A stretch of DNA of 64,000 nt from Acidobacteriota bacterium (GCA_965209055.1 OZ242374.1:4384001-4448000); one strand, 5' to 3'; counted from the stretch's first letter, positions 1-10,418 are shown. Program-made: numbers and translations. Notes: generated from the letters alone by a model not told the origin.

Positions 1-1925
1 CTGCCGATTACAGGCAGATCTCCCGGACCGTTCAGGAAGACTGGACTTTCGATACCGACTACGCCCGTCGCCTGCTCCTGGAACATTTTCGGGTATCCAC
101 CCTGGAGGGCTTCGGCATCAATGGACAGGGCGCGGCCGTTTCGGCCGGTGGTTCCCTGCTCCATTACGTCCGCCAGACCCAGAAGGCTCCCCTGGACCAC
201 ATCACCGAGATGCGCCTCCTGGAGACGCGAGACCACCTCAAGATCGACGAGACCAGCGTCCGAAACCTGGAACTGGTCCGCGAGCTGAACGGGGGCCGGC
301 GCTGGACCCTCCTCTCGACTCTCGATTTCACCCGAACCGCCATGGGCGCCCGCCTGTTGCGCCAACGGATCTTGCGGCCTTCCCTCGACTTGGAGCAGAT
401 CCGCCGACGACAGGACGCCGTCGCCGAATTACAGTCGTCTCTCCTCCAGATGGAGCGCTTGGGCAAGCTCCTGGATTCGATCCAGGATCTGGAGCGGCTG
501 CTGAGCCGCGTCACTCTGGGCACCGCCAACCCGAGAGATCTGGCCGCGCTCAAAACGTCCATCCAGATCCTGCCCCGGTTGGCTCCCTTGCTGGAGCAAT
601 ACGGCAGCCGGTTGCTGGAACCCCTCGAGGACACGCTGCCGGACATGGCTGAGGCGTTGGAGACTTCGCTGGCCCGCAATCCCCCCGTCAGCCTGACGGA
701 GGGAGGGATCATCGCTCCCGGCTTCCATTCCGAGTTGGACCAACTTCGCGAGATTGCCCACTCAGGCAAGTCGTTCCTGGCCAAGCTGGAATCCCAGGAA
801 CGGGAGCGGACGGGGATCCCGAGTCTCAAGGTCCGGTACAACAAGGTTTTCGGCTACTTCATCGAAGTCACCAAGACCCATGCCACTTCGGTTCCGGACC
901 ATTACGTCCGCCGCCAGACACTGGTGGGATCGGAGCGGTTCATCACTCCCGAACTCAAGGTCCACGAGGAAAAGGTCCTCCAAGCCGAAGAGCGGATCTT
1001 CGAGCTGGAACGGGACCTCTTCCTGCAGCTCCGCCGGGAGGTCGCCGCTGAAGCCGCACGGATTCAGCAGGCGGCCCGGCGCGTGGCGGAACTCGACGTG
1101 TTGCTCTCCTTGGGCCAGGCCTCCAGGAAGTACGGCTACTGCAGGCCGCAGGTCGACGACTCCTGCGAGCTGGACATCGACGAGGGACGGCATGCCGTGC
1201 TGGAGGTTCAGGACGCAGGGGAGCCATTCGTGCCCAACCCGTTGCTGGCGAACAACGAATCCGATCAGATGCTGATCCTGACCGGTCCCAACATGGGGGG
1301 CAAGTCCACCTATCTTCGCCAGAACGCCCTCATCGTCATCATGGCCCAGATGGGATCGTTCGTGCCGGCCCAGCAGGCGCGCGTCGGCCTGGTGGATCAG
1401 ATCTTCACTCGAGTCGGCGCCAGCGACGATCTGTCCCGCGGCCGCTCCACCTTCATGGTGGAGATGATCGAGACGGCCAACATCCTCAACAGCGCGACGC
1501 GAAGAAGCTTCATTCTGCTGGACGAAGTCGGACGCGGCACGGCAACGTTCGACGGGCTCTCCATTGCCTGGGCCGTCGCCGAATATCTCCTTACCGAACC
1601 GGGCCGACGGGCCCGAACCCTCTTCGCGACCCACTACCAGGAACTGACCCAGTTGGAAACGATCTACAGCGGCGTCAAGAACTACCGGGTTGCCGTGAAG
1701 GAGTCGGGGGACCGGATTCTACTGTTCCACCGAGTTCTACCGGGCGTCGCCAACAAGAGCTATGGAATCGAGGTCGCCCGCCTGGCAGGGCTGCCCAGAA
1801 GCGTAGTCGGGCGCGCGCGGGAGATCCTTTCCCGACTGGAACGCAAGGAACTCAACCTCTCGGGCAATTCCCGGCAGCCTCACGTTTCCGAGCCCTTCGA
1901 ACAGCATCAGGGGACTCTCTTCTGA
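1..1925 (+). CDS. mutS: DNA mismatch repair protein MutS (5'-truncated by window edge)
   Basis: Frame is open from position 3. Motifs: GPNMGGKSTY Walker A, STFMVEM, LDEVGRGT, FATHY, SYGIEVARLAG. C-terminal QGTLF resembles a beta-clamp motif. Confidence 0.97.
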   Translation, partial: ADYRQISRTVQEDWTFDTDYARRLLLEHFRVSTLEGFGINGQGAAVSAGGSLLHYVRQTQKAPLDHITEMRLLETRDHLKIDETSVRNLELVRELNGGRRWTLLSTLDFTRTAMGARLLRQRILRPSLDLEQIRRRQDAVAELQSSLLQMERLGKLLDSIQDLERLLSRVTLGTANPRDLAALKTSIQILPRLAPLLEQYGSRLLEPLEDTLPDMAEALETSLARNPPVSLTEGGIIAPGFHSELDQLREIAHSGKSFLAKLESQERERTGIPSLKVRYNKVFGYFIEVTKTHATSVPDHYVRRQTLVGSERFITPELKVHEEKVLQAEERIFELERDLFLQLRREVAAEAARIQQAARRVAELDVLLSLGQASRKYGYCRPQVDDSCELDIDEGRHAVLEVQDAGEPFVPNPLLANNESDQMLILTGPNMGGKSTYLRQNALIVIMAQMGSFVPAQQARVGLVDQIFTRVGASDDLSRGRSTFMVEMIETANILNSATRRSFILLDEVGRGTATFDGLSIAWAVAEYLLTEPGRRARTLFATHYQELTQLETIYSGVKNYRVAVKESGDRILLFHRVLPGVANKSYGIEVARLAGLPRSVVGRAREILSRLERKELNLSGNSRQPHVSEPFEQHQGTLF

Positions 1926-1992
1926 TTCCGGCCTCGAAACTTCAGGAGCGTCCCACCGAGGCGCCGCCGGCAGGTTCCGTGGGGACAGCAAA

Positions 1993-3594
1993 TTGAAGCG
2001 ATCCACGCTCTGCGGAATGGCATTGCTGGCGCTCCCGCTGTTCGTGTCTCTCGACACCTCCTCCGTCTGGGACTCCAACGAAGCCTTCTACGTCCAGACC
2101 CCTCGCGAAATGGTGGAACACGGGGACTGGATCGTTCCCCGCTTCAACGGCCAACCGCGGGTGAACAAGCCCCCGCTCAGCTATTGGCTGGTCGCCGCGC
2201 CCTATTCGGTATTTGGCGTCTCCATCTTTTGGGAACGGCTGATGCTGGCCCTCCTGGCCTACGCCTCGGTGTGGGCGGTTTTTCTCTCCGGTCGGATTCT
2301 GGTCTCGGAACGGGCGGCTTTGCTGGCCGCCGTCCTGTTCACCACCACCTTCCGCTTCCAGGTCCTGGCTCGACGGCTGCTCATCGACATCCTGCTCCTG
2401 TTCTGTATCCTGGCGGCGCTGACCGCCTTCCTCTACTGGTGGAAGCGGGGCCGTGGTTCAGGCCTGATCCTGGCGGCTCTTTTTCTGGGTCTGGGAGTGC
2501 TGGCCAAGGGACCGGTCATCTTCCTGCCGGCGCTCATCCTGGCCGCCTTCACCTTTTGGTCCGTGCCGTCCGACCGGTTGCGCCGGGCTCCCTGGGCGCG
2601 TTCGCTGCTGGTGTTTCTGCTGGTCGCGAGTTCCTGGTACCTGCTGCTGGGGATCACCCAAGGCTGGGACTCGGTGTCGGACTTCCTCTGGAAGGAGAAT
2701 CTGGGCCGTTTCACCCACGTGGACTTCGGACCGCAACGGGGCCTCCAATACTATCCCCTGGTCTTCCTGGCTGATTACTTTCCCTGGTCGATCCTCTTGC
2801 TCGGCGCTGTGGCCGGCAGGTGGTCCGCTCGCCGCTTCCCCGATCACAGCCTCTCCATCCTCGTCGCGCTCTGGATGGGATCGTTTCTCCTCTTCTTCTC
2901 CCTTTCTCTCAACAAGCAGGAGTACTACATCCTCCCCGTCTATCCGGTGGCCTCCCTGTGGCTGGCCGCCTGTCTGGACCGGGAGAAAATGCCCGTCTGG
3001 AGCCGGTGGCTGGTTTGCGGCGTCCTGTTCGCCGCGGCCGCATCCCTGGCCGTTGTCGCCTGTTCCCTGTTCCGGGACGTGACCGGGTGGTGGCTTCCCC
3101 TTCTCTGCCTCGCGGCGGTCGGACCGGCGGTGGCGGGATCACGGATCCGCCTGGCGGCCTGGACCTTGAGTCTCTTCTACGCTCTGGCTTACCTCGTCTA
3201 CCTGCAACCTCTGGAGGAGTACCGGCCGGTCCGTCACCTGTCGAAGATCATCCCTTCCGGGAGTCCGTCCGGAGCCCCTGTGACGGCCGGTTACTATCGA
3301 TTGTCGACTCCAAGCCTCGCCTACTACCTGAATTCAACCATTCTGGAGCTTGGCACGCCGGAACAGGCCCTGGAGGCGCTGCGAGCCCCCGGCCCCGTCT
3401 ACCTGATCATGGCCGCCGAGGACTACCCCCGGCTGAAGCGGGATCTGGGGCCGATCCTGAAAATTGAGGGAGTCCGGCCCAAGCTGTATACTACCGCCTC
3501 CACGCTCGTCGAAGGTTGGAAACGTGGCCGACTCGACATCCGTCCCGAGGCTTGGACCCGCCCCGTCTACCTGGTCAGCAACCAGGGTGGATGA
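1993..3594 (+). CDS. ArnT/PMT-like GT-C glycosyltransferase (4-amino-4-deoxy-L-arabinose transferase-like)
   Basis: EAFYVQTPREM..GDWIVP..NKPPL.YW and LAKGP motifs; many transmembrane segments. Confidence 0.85.
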   Translation: MKRSTLCGMALLALPLFVSLDTSSVWDSNEAFYVQTPREMVEHGDWIVPRFNGQPRVNKPPLSYWLVAAPYSVFGVSIFWERLMLALLAYASVWAVFLSGRILVSERAALLAAVLFTTTFRFQVLARRLLIDILLLFCILAALTAFLYWWKRGRGSGLILAALFLGLGVLAKGPVIFLPALILAAFTFWSVPSDRLRRAPWARSLLVFLLVASSWYLLLGITQGWDSVSDFLWKENLGRFTHVDFGPQRGLQYYPLVFLADYFPWSILLLGAVAGRWSARRFPDHSLSILVALWMGSFLLFFSLSLNKQEYYILPVYPVASLWLAACLDREKMPVWSRWLVCGVLFAAAASLAVVACSLFRDVTGWWLPLLCLAAVGPAVAGSRIRLAAWTLSLFYALAYLVYLQPLEEYRPVRHLSKIIPSGSPSGAPVTAGYYRLSTPSLAYYLNSTILELGTPEQALEALRAPGPVYLIMAAEDYPRLKRDLGPILKIEGVRPKLYTTASTLVEGWKRGRLDIRPEAWTRPVYLVSNQGG

Positions 3595-4585
3595 GCCCCA
3601 ACCGAGACTGTCCATCATCGTTCCCGTCTACAACGAGAAAGCCAACCTGGCGGACCTGTACCAGGGTCTGACCGAGGTGCTCCAGGGGCTCGGGGTCGAC
3701 TACGAGATCCTGTTCATCGATGACGGAAGCAACGACGGAGGGACGCGGATCCTGGCGGACCTCGCCGAACAGGACGACCATGTCCTGGTCTTGCAGTTCG
3801 CCAGGAACTTCGGCCAGACGGCGGCCCTCTCGGCCGGTTTCGACCATGCCCGGGGCGAGATCATCATTCCCATGGATGCCGATCTCCAGAACGATCCCGC
3901 CGACATTCCCCAGATCCTGGACAAGCTCGACGAGGGGTACGATGTGGTCAGTTGTTGGAGAAAGGACCGGCAGGACCCGTGGTTGACCCGCATCCTCCCC
4001 TCCCGGGCCGCCAATCGAATCATCAGTTGGATCAGCGGCGTCCGTCTCCGCGACTACGGATGCACCCTCAAGGGCTACCGGAGCGAATTTCTGCAACATA
4101 TCCGGCTCTATGGAGAAATGCACCGGTTCATTCCGGTCTACGCGAGCTGGACCGGCGCCAAAGTGACCGAGATCCCGGTCCGCCATCATCCCCGGCGGCA
4201 CGGACGATCCAAGTACGGCCTCCTGCGGACCATCAAGGTTCCTCTGGACCTGATGACCGTCAAGTTTCTGGTCACCTATTCCACCAAGCCCATGTATCTC
4301 TTCGGCGGACTGGGACTGGTCTCGATCCTCTTCGGGTGGCTGCTCAGCGCGCTCGCCCTCTACCAGAAATTTCTTCAGGATGTGAAGGTCCACCGCAACC
4401 CCCTCCTCCTGCTTTCGGTGTTCCTCTGCATCGTCGGAATCCAGTTCATTCTTTTCGGTCTGGTGGCGGAGCTCATCATTCGGACGTACCACGAATCGCA
4501 GGGCAAGCCCACCTACATTCTCAGCCGGACGATCCGAAAGGAACAGGAATCCCGTTCGCACTCGGCCGGTTCGGCCCCGGAGTAA
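3587..4585 (+). CDS. GT2 polyprenol-phosphate glycosyltransferase (ArnC/GtrB-like)
   Basis: SIIVPVYNE, DDGS, RNFGQ, MDADLQNDP motifs; two C-terminal TM helices; GTG start overlaps the upstream stop. Confidence 0.9.
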   Translation: MDEPQPRLSIIVPVYNEKANLADLYQGLTEVLQGLGVDYEILFIDDGSNDGGTRILADLAEQDDHVLVLQFARNFGQTAALSAGFDHARGEIIIPMDADLQNDPADIPQILDKLDEGYDVVSCWRKDRQDPWLTRILPSRAANRIISWISGVRLRDYGCTLKGYRSEFLQHIRLYGEMHRFIPVYASWTGAKVTEIPVRHHPRRHGRSKYGLLRTIKVPLDLMTVKFLVTYSTKPMYLFGGLGLVSILFGWLLSALALYQKFLQDVKVHRNPLLLLSVFLCIVGIQFILFGLVAELIIRTYHESQGKPTYILSRTIRKEQESRSHSAGSAPE

Positions 4586-4589
4586 TCTC

Positions 4590-6047
4590 ATGCAGGTTTT
4601 GGATTGGCTGCTGACGAACACGACGACGGTCTCGGGCTGGATCTGGGGCCTCCCCATGATCGTGCTCCTCTTCGGCACCGGGCTGCTCCTGACTGCAATG
4701 ACCCGCTTCGTTCAAATCCGTCATTTGGGCAGCTCGATTCGGCGGATTCTGAAGGGACCCCGGGCGAAGACCCGGGACCAGCAGCGCTCCCAGGGAGACA
4801 TCACACCGTTTCAGGCCCTGATGACCGCCCTGTCGGCCACTGTGGGCAACGGAAACATCGCCGGTGTTGCGACGGCCATTGCCGCCGGCGGACCGGGAGC
4901 CGCCTTCTGGATGTGGGTCACCGCCGTCTTCGGAATGGCCACCAAGTACTCGGAGGCCGTTCTGGCCATCCTCTTCCGCCGCCGCATGCGGGACGGAACC
5001 ATGGCCGGCGGGCCCATGTACTACTGCCGGGACGGCGTCCGGGGGCAGCTCGGTTTCGTCCTGGGGGGCGTCTTTGCCGTGTGCGGCGCGGCGACCGCGC
5101 TTCTGGGGACCGGAAACATGTTCCAGTCCCAGTCCATGGCCATGGCGGTCCGCGAGCAGTTCGGAACCCCTCAGTGGGCAACTGGCCTGGTCATGAGCCT
5201 GCTGGTGGGGCTGGTAATCATTGGCGGCATCCGCCGCATCGGGGCCGTCGCCGAGCGCCTGGTTCCGGTGATGATCATTTTCTATTTTTCCGGAGCGTTG
5301 CTGGTGATCATCAGCAATATCTCGCTGGTTCCGGATGCCTTCCGCCTGATCGTGGTGTCCGCCTTCAGTCCCGAGGCGGTCTTTGGGGGAGGCGTGGGGA
5401 TCGGAGTTCAGCAGGCCATGCGATTTGGAGTGGCCCGCGGCGTCCTCTCCAACGAGTCGGGCCTGGGAAGCGCGGCCATCGCCCATGGAGCCGCCCGGAC
5501 TCGATACCCCGTCGTCCAGGGCGGCATCGCCATGATGGGCACCTTCATCGACACCATCATCGTCTGCACATTGACGGCTCTGGCCATCACCGTCTCCGGA
5601 GCGTACCGCAGCGCCTCATTCCTGGTGGAGGACGGTCTCCGGGGAGCCGACCTCACGGTCCACGCGTTCGCCGTGGGCATGCCCGACTGGACCGGAGGGT
5701 GGGGCGGCCTGGTCGTCGCCTTCGCTTCCCTGATCTTCGGGTTCACCACGCTGATCGGATGGAGCTACTACGGTCAGATCTGCTGCGAGTACCTCTTCGG
5801 CCTGAAAGTCGTCAAACCGTACCGGGTCCTCTTCGTGGTGCTCCTGTTCGCGGGAGCGCTGCTCACGGGACGCTATTCCTCCATCATCACCAACGTGGGA
5901 GACATCTGTAACGCCGCAATGGCATTTCCCAATCTCATAGCGCTGATCTTACTGAGCCGCCGGGTCGCGGACGTCACGCAGGAGACCTACGTGGCGGGAG
6001 ATCCATACGCGGCCCGGGTGCCCAAGCTGCCGGATCCTATCGGTTAA
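4590..6047 (+). CDS. Alanine/glycine:cation symporter (AGCS family)
   Basis: ATVGNGNIAGVATAI..GGPGAAFWMW, GGPMYY and SNESGLGS motifs. Confidence 0.93.
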   Translation: MQVLDWLLTNTTTVSGWIWGLPMIVLLFGTGLLLTAMTRFVQIRHLGSSIRRILKGPRAKTRDQQRSQGDITPFQALMTALSATVGNGNIAGVATAIAAGGPGAAFWMWVTAVFGMATKYSEAVLAILFRRRMRDGTMAGGPMYYCRDGVRGQLGFVLGGVFAVCGAATALLGTGNMFQSQSMAMAVREQFGTPQWATGLVMSLLVGLVIIGGIRRIGAVAERLVPVMIIFYFSGALLVIISNISLVPDAFRLIVVSAFSPEAVFGGGVGIGVQQAMRFGVARGVLSNESGLGSAAIAHGAARTRYPVVQGGIAMMGTFIDTIIVCTLTALAITVSGAYRSASFLVEDGLRGADLTVHAFAVGMPDWTGGWGGLVVAFASLIFGFTTLIGWSYYGQICCEYLFGLKVVKPYRVLFVVLLFAGALLTGRYSSIITNVGDICNAAMAFPNLIALILLSRRVADVTQETYVAGDPYAARVPKLPDPIG

Positions 6048-6092
6048 ACGTCGAGAAGCGGATCTACGGGAAGTATCCGGACTCCAGCGGCA

Positions 6093-7040
6093 TCAGGAGG
6101 AGGGGGACCGGTCGGACGCTCTGGGCGGCAATCCAGCCGCCTCGACGATTTCAGCCACCAGCTCCTCCTGCCGGTACGCCATGATGTGGACTCCGCTGAT
6201 TCCGGGAATCTCCCGCGCCTCCCGGATGATCTCGACGCAGATCCGCATTCCTTCGCGGCGCTGACGATTGCCCGGAACTCCCTTCAGACGACGGATCACC
6301 TCGTCCGGGATCACCACTCCCGGAACATTCTTCCGGATCCATTGAGCCGCCTTGGCCGAGCGCAGGGGACCGACGCCCAGCAGGAAAAAGACCTTCTCGT
6401 GCAGGCCCAGGTCCCGAACCGAATTCATGAAGCGGCGAAGCCTGGGCATGTCGAAACAGTATTGGCTCTGGATGAAGTCCGTCCCCGCCTCGATCTTCTT
6501 CATCAGCCGGAACGGACGGTAGTCGTAGGGGGGAACGAAGGGATTGCTGGCGGCCCCCAGGAAAATCCGGGGATTGGATTCCAGCTTCCTGCCGCTCAGG
6601 AAGCGGCCCTCGTCCCGGAGCAGGCGGGCCGTTCTCAAAAGAGTCATGCAATCCAGATCGAAGACCGGCTTGGCATCCGGATGGTCTCCCACTCCCACTC
6701 CGTCGCCCGTCAGGCACAAGACGTTCCGGACTCCCAGGGCCGCGGCCCCCAGCAGGTCTCCCTGAATGGCGATGCGGTTCCGGTCCCGGCAGGCGACCTG
6801 AAGCACCGGCTCGTAGCCGGCCCTGACCAGCAAGGCACAGACGGCGACGCTGGACATATGGACGTGGGCCCCGGAAGCGTCGGTGGCGTTGATGGCGTCG
6901 CACACCGGCGCCAGGACCAGCGCCCTTTCGACGACCGTTTCGGGGTCTGCGGTGTCGGGGGAGTTGATCTCGGCGGTGACGGCGAAGCCACCCGAGCGAA
7001 GCACCCGCTCCAACCGTGAGCCCGATTTCAAGGGATTCAC
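6093..7040 (-). CDS. metF: Methylenetetrahydrofolate reductase, MetF subunit
   Basis: AINATD, CRDRNRIAIQ, LCLTGD, KIEAG.DFIQSQ and GVHIM motifs. GTG start at 7040 overlaps the MetV stop (GTGA). Confidence 0.88.
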   Translation of the reverse strand: MNPLKSGSRLERVLRSGGFAVTAEINSPDTADPETVVERALVLAPVCDAINATDASGAHVHMSSVAVCALLVRAGYEPVLQVACRDRNRIAIQGDLLGAAALGVRNVLCLTGDGVGVGDHPDAKPVFDLDCMTLLRTARLLRDEGRFLSGRKLESNPRIFLGAASNPFVPPYDYRPFRLMKKIEAGTDFIQSQYCFDMPRLRRFMNSVRDLGLHEKVFFLLGVGPLRSAKAAQWIRKNVPGVVIPDEVIRRLKGVPGNRQRREGMRICVEIIREAREIPGISGVHIMAYRQEELVAEIVEAAGLPPRASDRSPSS

Positions 7041-7489
7041 CGCTTCCAATGGGGACCTGCCTTTTCGCCTTCGGAGAAGTGATTGATCCAGGCGGACGAC
7101 CCTTGGCGGTCGTAACTCAGCGGTGGCAGTACGTGCAGAATCTCGGAACCGAAGCGGGGCATCTTTCCGGACCGTTCCCAAGCCTGTACCCAGACGCACG
7201 GCATTTCAGGAACGACCTCGCAATGCCCATTGGGCCGCACCCCGCCACAGGGTCCGTTGCGGAGATTCTTGGGACAGGTCATGGGACAGGTCATCCCGGT
7301 GCTGTGCAGGACGCATTGACCACACATGCGACAGTCGAAAACGGCGCCCTTGGTCAATCGCTCCGCCGGAATCAGGAACCGTTCGAACCGGCTTCCGGGT
7401 TTGAGCCGGGAACGGAACAGTCCCAGAATCTTCACACTTAGAAGATAGATCGACTCTAAAATTTGAGGGTGATTCTGAAGGAATCTCAC
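7037..7489 (-). CDS. metV: MTHFR C-terminal-domain Fe-S protein (MetV-like)
   Basis: DCRMCGQC..CPMTCPKNLRNGPCGG..HCEV..PCVW cysteine pattern; GTG start preceded by GGAG. Confidence 0.85.
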   Translation of the reverse strand: MRFLQNHPQILESIYLLSVKILGLFRSRLKPGSRFERFLIPAERLTKGAVFDCRMCGQCVLHSTGMTCPMTCPKNLRNGPCGGVRPNGHCEVVPEMPCVWVQAWERSGKMPRFGSEILHVLPPLSYDRQGSSAWINHFSEGEKAGPHWKR

Positions 7490-7508
7490 GGTTCTCCGCT
7501 GCCCTCGT

Positions 7509-9146
7509 TCAACTCTGTGGAACCGAATCCAATTGCGCCGGCATGGCCTGGAACAGACATCCTTCCACAAAAATATCGAAGAAGTCCTCGGTCGTCTCCA
7601 ACTCGATGTGTTCAACTCGCCTGACCATTTCCTCGAGGCGGCGCCTGAGCGTCCGGCTGGTCAACATGAGCGTGGCTCCCTCGAGCGCGCTGTTCCCCAC
7701 CTTGGCGATGCGGCCTTGGGGAAGGGGTGGGATAAACCCGATGGACATGGCGTTGTCCACGTTGACGTAATTGGCGAAGCCCCCCGCCAGGTAGAGCCGC
7801 TTGAGCTGAGCCGGCGAGATCCCGTACTTCCTCAAAACGATCCACTGACCCGAGTAATTGGCGGCCTTCGCCTGTGCCAGGGCGCTGATGTCGGCCCGGG
7901 ACAGGAAAATCCCGCGTTCGCCCGGAATGGTGAACCGGTCCAGTCCACCGGCAAGAACACCCAGGTAGTTCATGTCCTCGACCCGAAGCAACTCCGCCAG
8001 GAGATCGATCAATCCTGAACCGCAGATCCCCTCCGGAGCGGCTCCGCCGATGGTCCTCCAGATCACCTCTCCGTTCCGGAGTTCCACCGACTCGATGGCG
8101 CCTTCGTATCCGGGCATGCCGAAGGTGATCTCACCACCTTCAAATGCGGGTCCCGCCGGGCAGGAAGCGGCCATCATCCCATGGCGGTTGCCGACCACTA
8201 CTTCGGTGTTGGTCCCCACGTCGACCAGCATGACCACGTCTTCTTCCTGGTCCATCCCCACGGCCAGAAGGTCTGCGGCCACGTCGGCGCCGACATGGCA
8301 ACCGATCAACGGCCCCCCGTAGAGGTTGGCCGCGGGATGGACTCTCAGCCCCAGGTCCCGGGCCTGGAAATTCAGGACGGTGTCGGCTCTTTCGCCCCGT
8401 TCCATTTCCAGTTGGGTGGCCGATTGGTACGGTTTTTCGCCGATGGATTGGATGTCGAGGCCGAAAAACAGGTCACGCATGGCGGCGTTCCCCACGATGA
8501 CGACCTCGTAGATCTGGCGCCGCGGCACCCCCGTCAATCGGCTCAGCTCCCGGATCTCGTAGTTGAGCCCGGAAATCACCGAGCTATGAAGCTCCCCCCG
8601 GTAGGGTCCGCCATCATAGGAAATCCGGCGCATGATGTCGCTTCCGCCGAATCTCTGCGGGTTTTCGAACGAGGCGGTGTGAAGGACCACGCCGTTTTCA
8701 AGATCCACTAGATTGAGGGCGACGGTCGTCGTCCCCAAGTCGACCGCAAGGCCGTAGATCCCGCCCCGGTAGGTATCGATGGTACTGCCGTCAAAAACGA
8801 CATTCGCCCCTTGGAGCCGCGTCAGGGGCTCGACGGGGGCATGACGGCGGACCGTTTGGGTCAGGATCCGCGGACGTCGGCGCAGCAGGGCAAATTCGAT
8901 GGTGGCGTCGGCATCCAGGACCTGAGCCTGACAGGCCAGGCGATAGCCCTCACGGAGAAACTCCTCCGTCTGGGTGGCGGCGGTCAGCGCTTCCCCGCCC
9001 CGGACGATCTGCACGATGCACTCGTGACACTCTCCGCTCCGGCGGCAGGAGGTGGGGACCCGCACCTGAAGGTCATCGGCGTAGTCGAATACGGTCCTGC
9101 CGGGGACCAGATCCAGCTTGCGGTCACCGTAGTGGAGGGGGGACAT
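7509..9146 (-). CDS. ATP-dependent reductive activator of corrinoid protein (RACo/AcsV-like; 2Fe-2S plus ASKHA)
   Basis: N-terminal CRRSGECHEC..RLACQ; DLGTTT, NPQRFGG, DVGTNTE, AGPAFEG, GICGSG and LAGGF motifs. Confidence 0.9.
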   Translation of the reverse strand: MSPLHYGDRKLDLVPGRTVFDYADDLQVRVPTSCRRSGECHECIVQIVRGGEALTAATQTEEFLREGYRLACQAQVLDADATIEFALLRRRPRILTQTVRRHAPVEPLTRLQGANVVFDGSTIDTYRGGIYGLAVDLGTTTVALNLVDLENGVVLHTASFENPQRFGGSDIMRRISYDGGPYRGELHSSVISGLNYEIRELSRLTGVPRRQIYEVVIVGNAAMRDLFFGLDIQSIGEKPYQSATQLEMERGERADTVLNFQARDLGLRVHPAANLYGGPLIGCHVGADVAADLLAVGMDQEEDVVMLVDVGTNTEVVVGNRHGMMAASCPAGPAFEGGEITFGMPGYEGAIESVELRNGEVIWRTIGGAAPEGICGSGLIDLLAELLRVEDMNYLGVLAGGLDRFTIPGERGIFLSRADISALAQAKAANYSGQWIVLRKYGISPAQLKRLYLAGGFANYVNVDNAMSIGFIPPLPQGRIAKVGNSALEGATLMLTSRTLRRRLEEMVRRVEHIELETTEDFFDIFVEGCLFQAMPAQLDSVPQS

Positions 9147-9260
9147 GGCAGCGCAATTTCCCGCGCCAGCGCGACGCGGGCGCGATGGCAGGTTCCTTTA
9201 GAGAAAATGGTCGCGGAATCCGGTCAGCCAGCAGCGTGTGGTCCGAATCGCCACCGGCTG

Positions 9261-9512
9261 CTAGGTTTCCCAGGCATCCCGATAGTTCAGATCGTCGCTT
9301 CCGGTGCAGAGAGGCAACCCTTCGGAACCGGGACGCCGGAACTGGTTTCGGCAACCGAAACGGGCGGTGCAGCGATCTCGGGCATCCTTGTAGGGACACC
9401 GCCATTTGGATACGAGGTTGGCCGTTTCGCCGATCTGCCGGTAGATCTCCCAGAGGCGATCCATGCTGGCTTTGAGTTTCGCCTTGTCGACAGGTCGGAA
9501 GTTCCGGGGCAC
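9261..9512 (-). CDS. Small 4-Cys protein (83 aa), putative metal/Fe-S binding
   Basis: C-x8-C-x5-C-x14-C pattern. Fills the gap between the corrinoid protein and RACo on the same strand. GTG start is inferred. Confidence 0.65.
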   Translation of the reverse strand: MPRNFRPVDKAKLKASMDRLWEIYRQIGETANLVSKWRCPYKDARDRCTARFGCRNQFRRPGSEGLPLCTGSDDLNYRDAWET

Positions 9513-9558
9513 GTCTGTTCGCGACACTGGCCTGCATCCGTCGGGGAGGCGCCTCAAC

Positions 9559-10326
9559 TCAAGAATAGTCGGAGACGGCTTGCTGCGGCGTTTCCTGCCC
9601 GGTACCCACAAATTCCTTGGCCTTTTCCACACAGGCAATGGCGTCCTTGCCATAGCCGTCGGCCCCCATGTCGTCAGCGAACTCCTGGGTCACCGGAGCT
9701 CCACCCACCATGGTGCTGACGACATCTGTCAGACCCGCATCTTCCAAGGCCTGGATGGTCCGTCCCATGTTGGGCATGGTCGTCGTCAAAAGGGCGGACA
9801 TCCCGATGACCTGGGGTTCGAATTCGAACACCGCATCGACAAACTCGTCCGGCTTGGTATCGACGCCCAGGTCGTGCACGACGAAACCGGCTCCCCGGAG
9901 CATCATGATGCACAGATTCTTTCCGATATCGTGGAGGTCTCCCTTGACGGTTCCCATGACCACGGTGCCCACGGGTGGAATATCGGAAGCGGAAAGGATG
10001 GGCTCGATATGCGCCATACCGGCCTTCATGGCCCGGGCTGATATCAGCACCTCCGGAACGAAGATGATGTTGTCCCGGAATTTGATCCCCACCAGGGCCA
10101 TGCCGGCAATCAGCCCGTCATCCAAAACCGTATTGGCGGCGTACCCAGTGTCCAGAGCCTCTCTCGTCAGGCGGTCGACTTCGTGCTGGTTGCCGGTGAT
10201 CAGGGCGTAACTGATGTCCTGCATCAATGGATCGGCGTTCCGGAAGAGCGATTTGATGTGCTCTCGCTCGTTCCGGCGAGCCACGTGCCGGAGTTCCCTG
10301 GTCAGGCCCTCGTTGATCTGCGACAT
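9559..10326 (-). CDS. Corrinoid (B12-binding) methyltransferase cognate protein
   Basis: Cap domain GM..VG.KF...IFVPEVL; DxHxxG motif GDLHDIG; SALLTTT; MVGGAP. Confidence 0.92.
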   Translation of the reverse strand: MSQINEGLTRELRHVARRNEREHIKSLFRNADPLMQDISYALITGNQHEVDRLTREALDTGYAANTVLDDGLIAGMALVGIKFRDNIIFVPEVLISARAMKAGMAHIEPILSASDIPPVGTVVMGTVKGDLHDIGKNLCIMMLRGAGFVVHDLGVDTKPDEFVDAVFEFEPQVIGMSALLTTTMPNMGRTIQALEDAGLTDVVSTMVGGAPVTQEFADDMGADGYGKDAIACVEKAKEFVGTGQETPQQAVSDYS

Positions 10327-10384
10327 GCCGCTATTACCACCCAATCACTGAATTTGACAGACGCCAAGGCGCACTAAGGGGGAA

Positions 10385-10418
10385 ATTAAACCTTTTCGGG
10401 TCGAGGTTTGTCAAACCT
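10385..10418 (-). promoter_or_regulatory. Putative internal sigma70 promoter with a palindrome over its -35
   Basis: Minus strand reads TTGACA-18-TTTAAT. The palindrome AGGTTTG-N-CAAACCT lies at 10404-10418. Confidence 0.45.
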
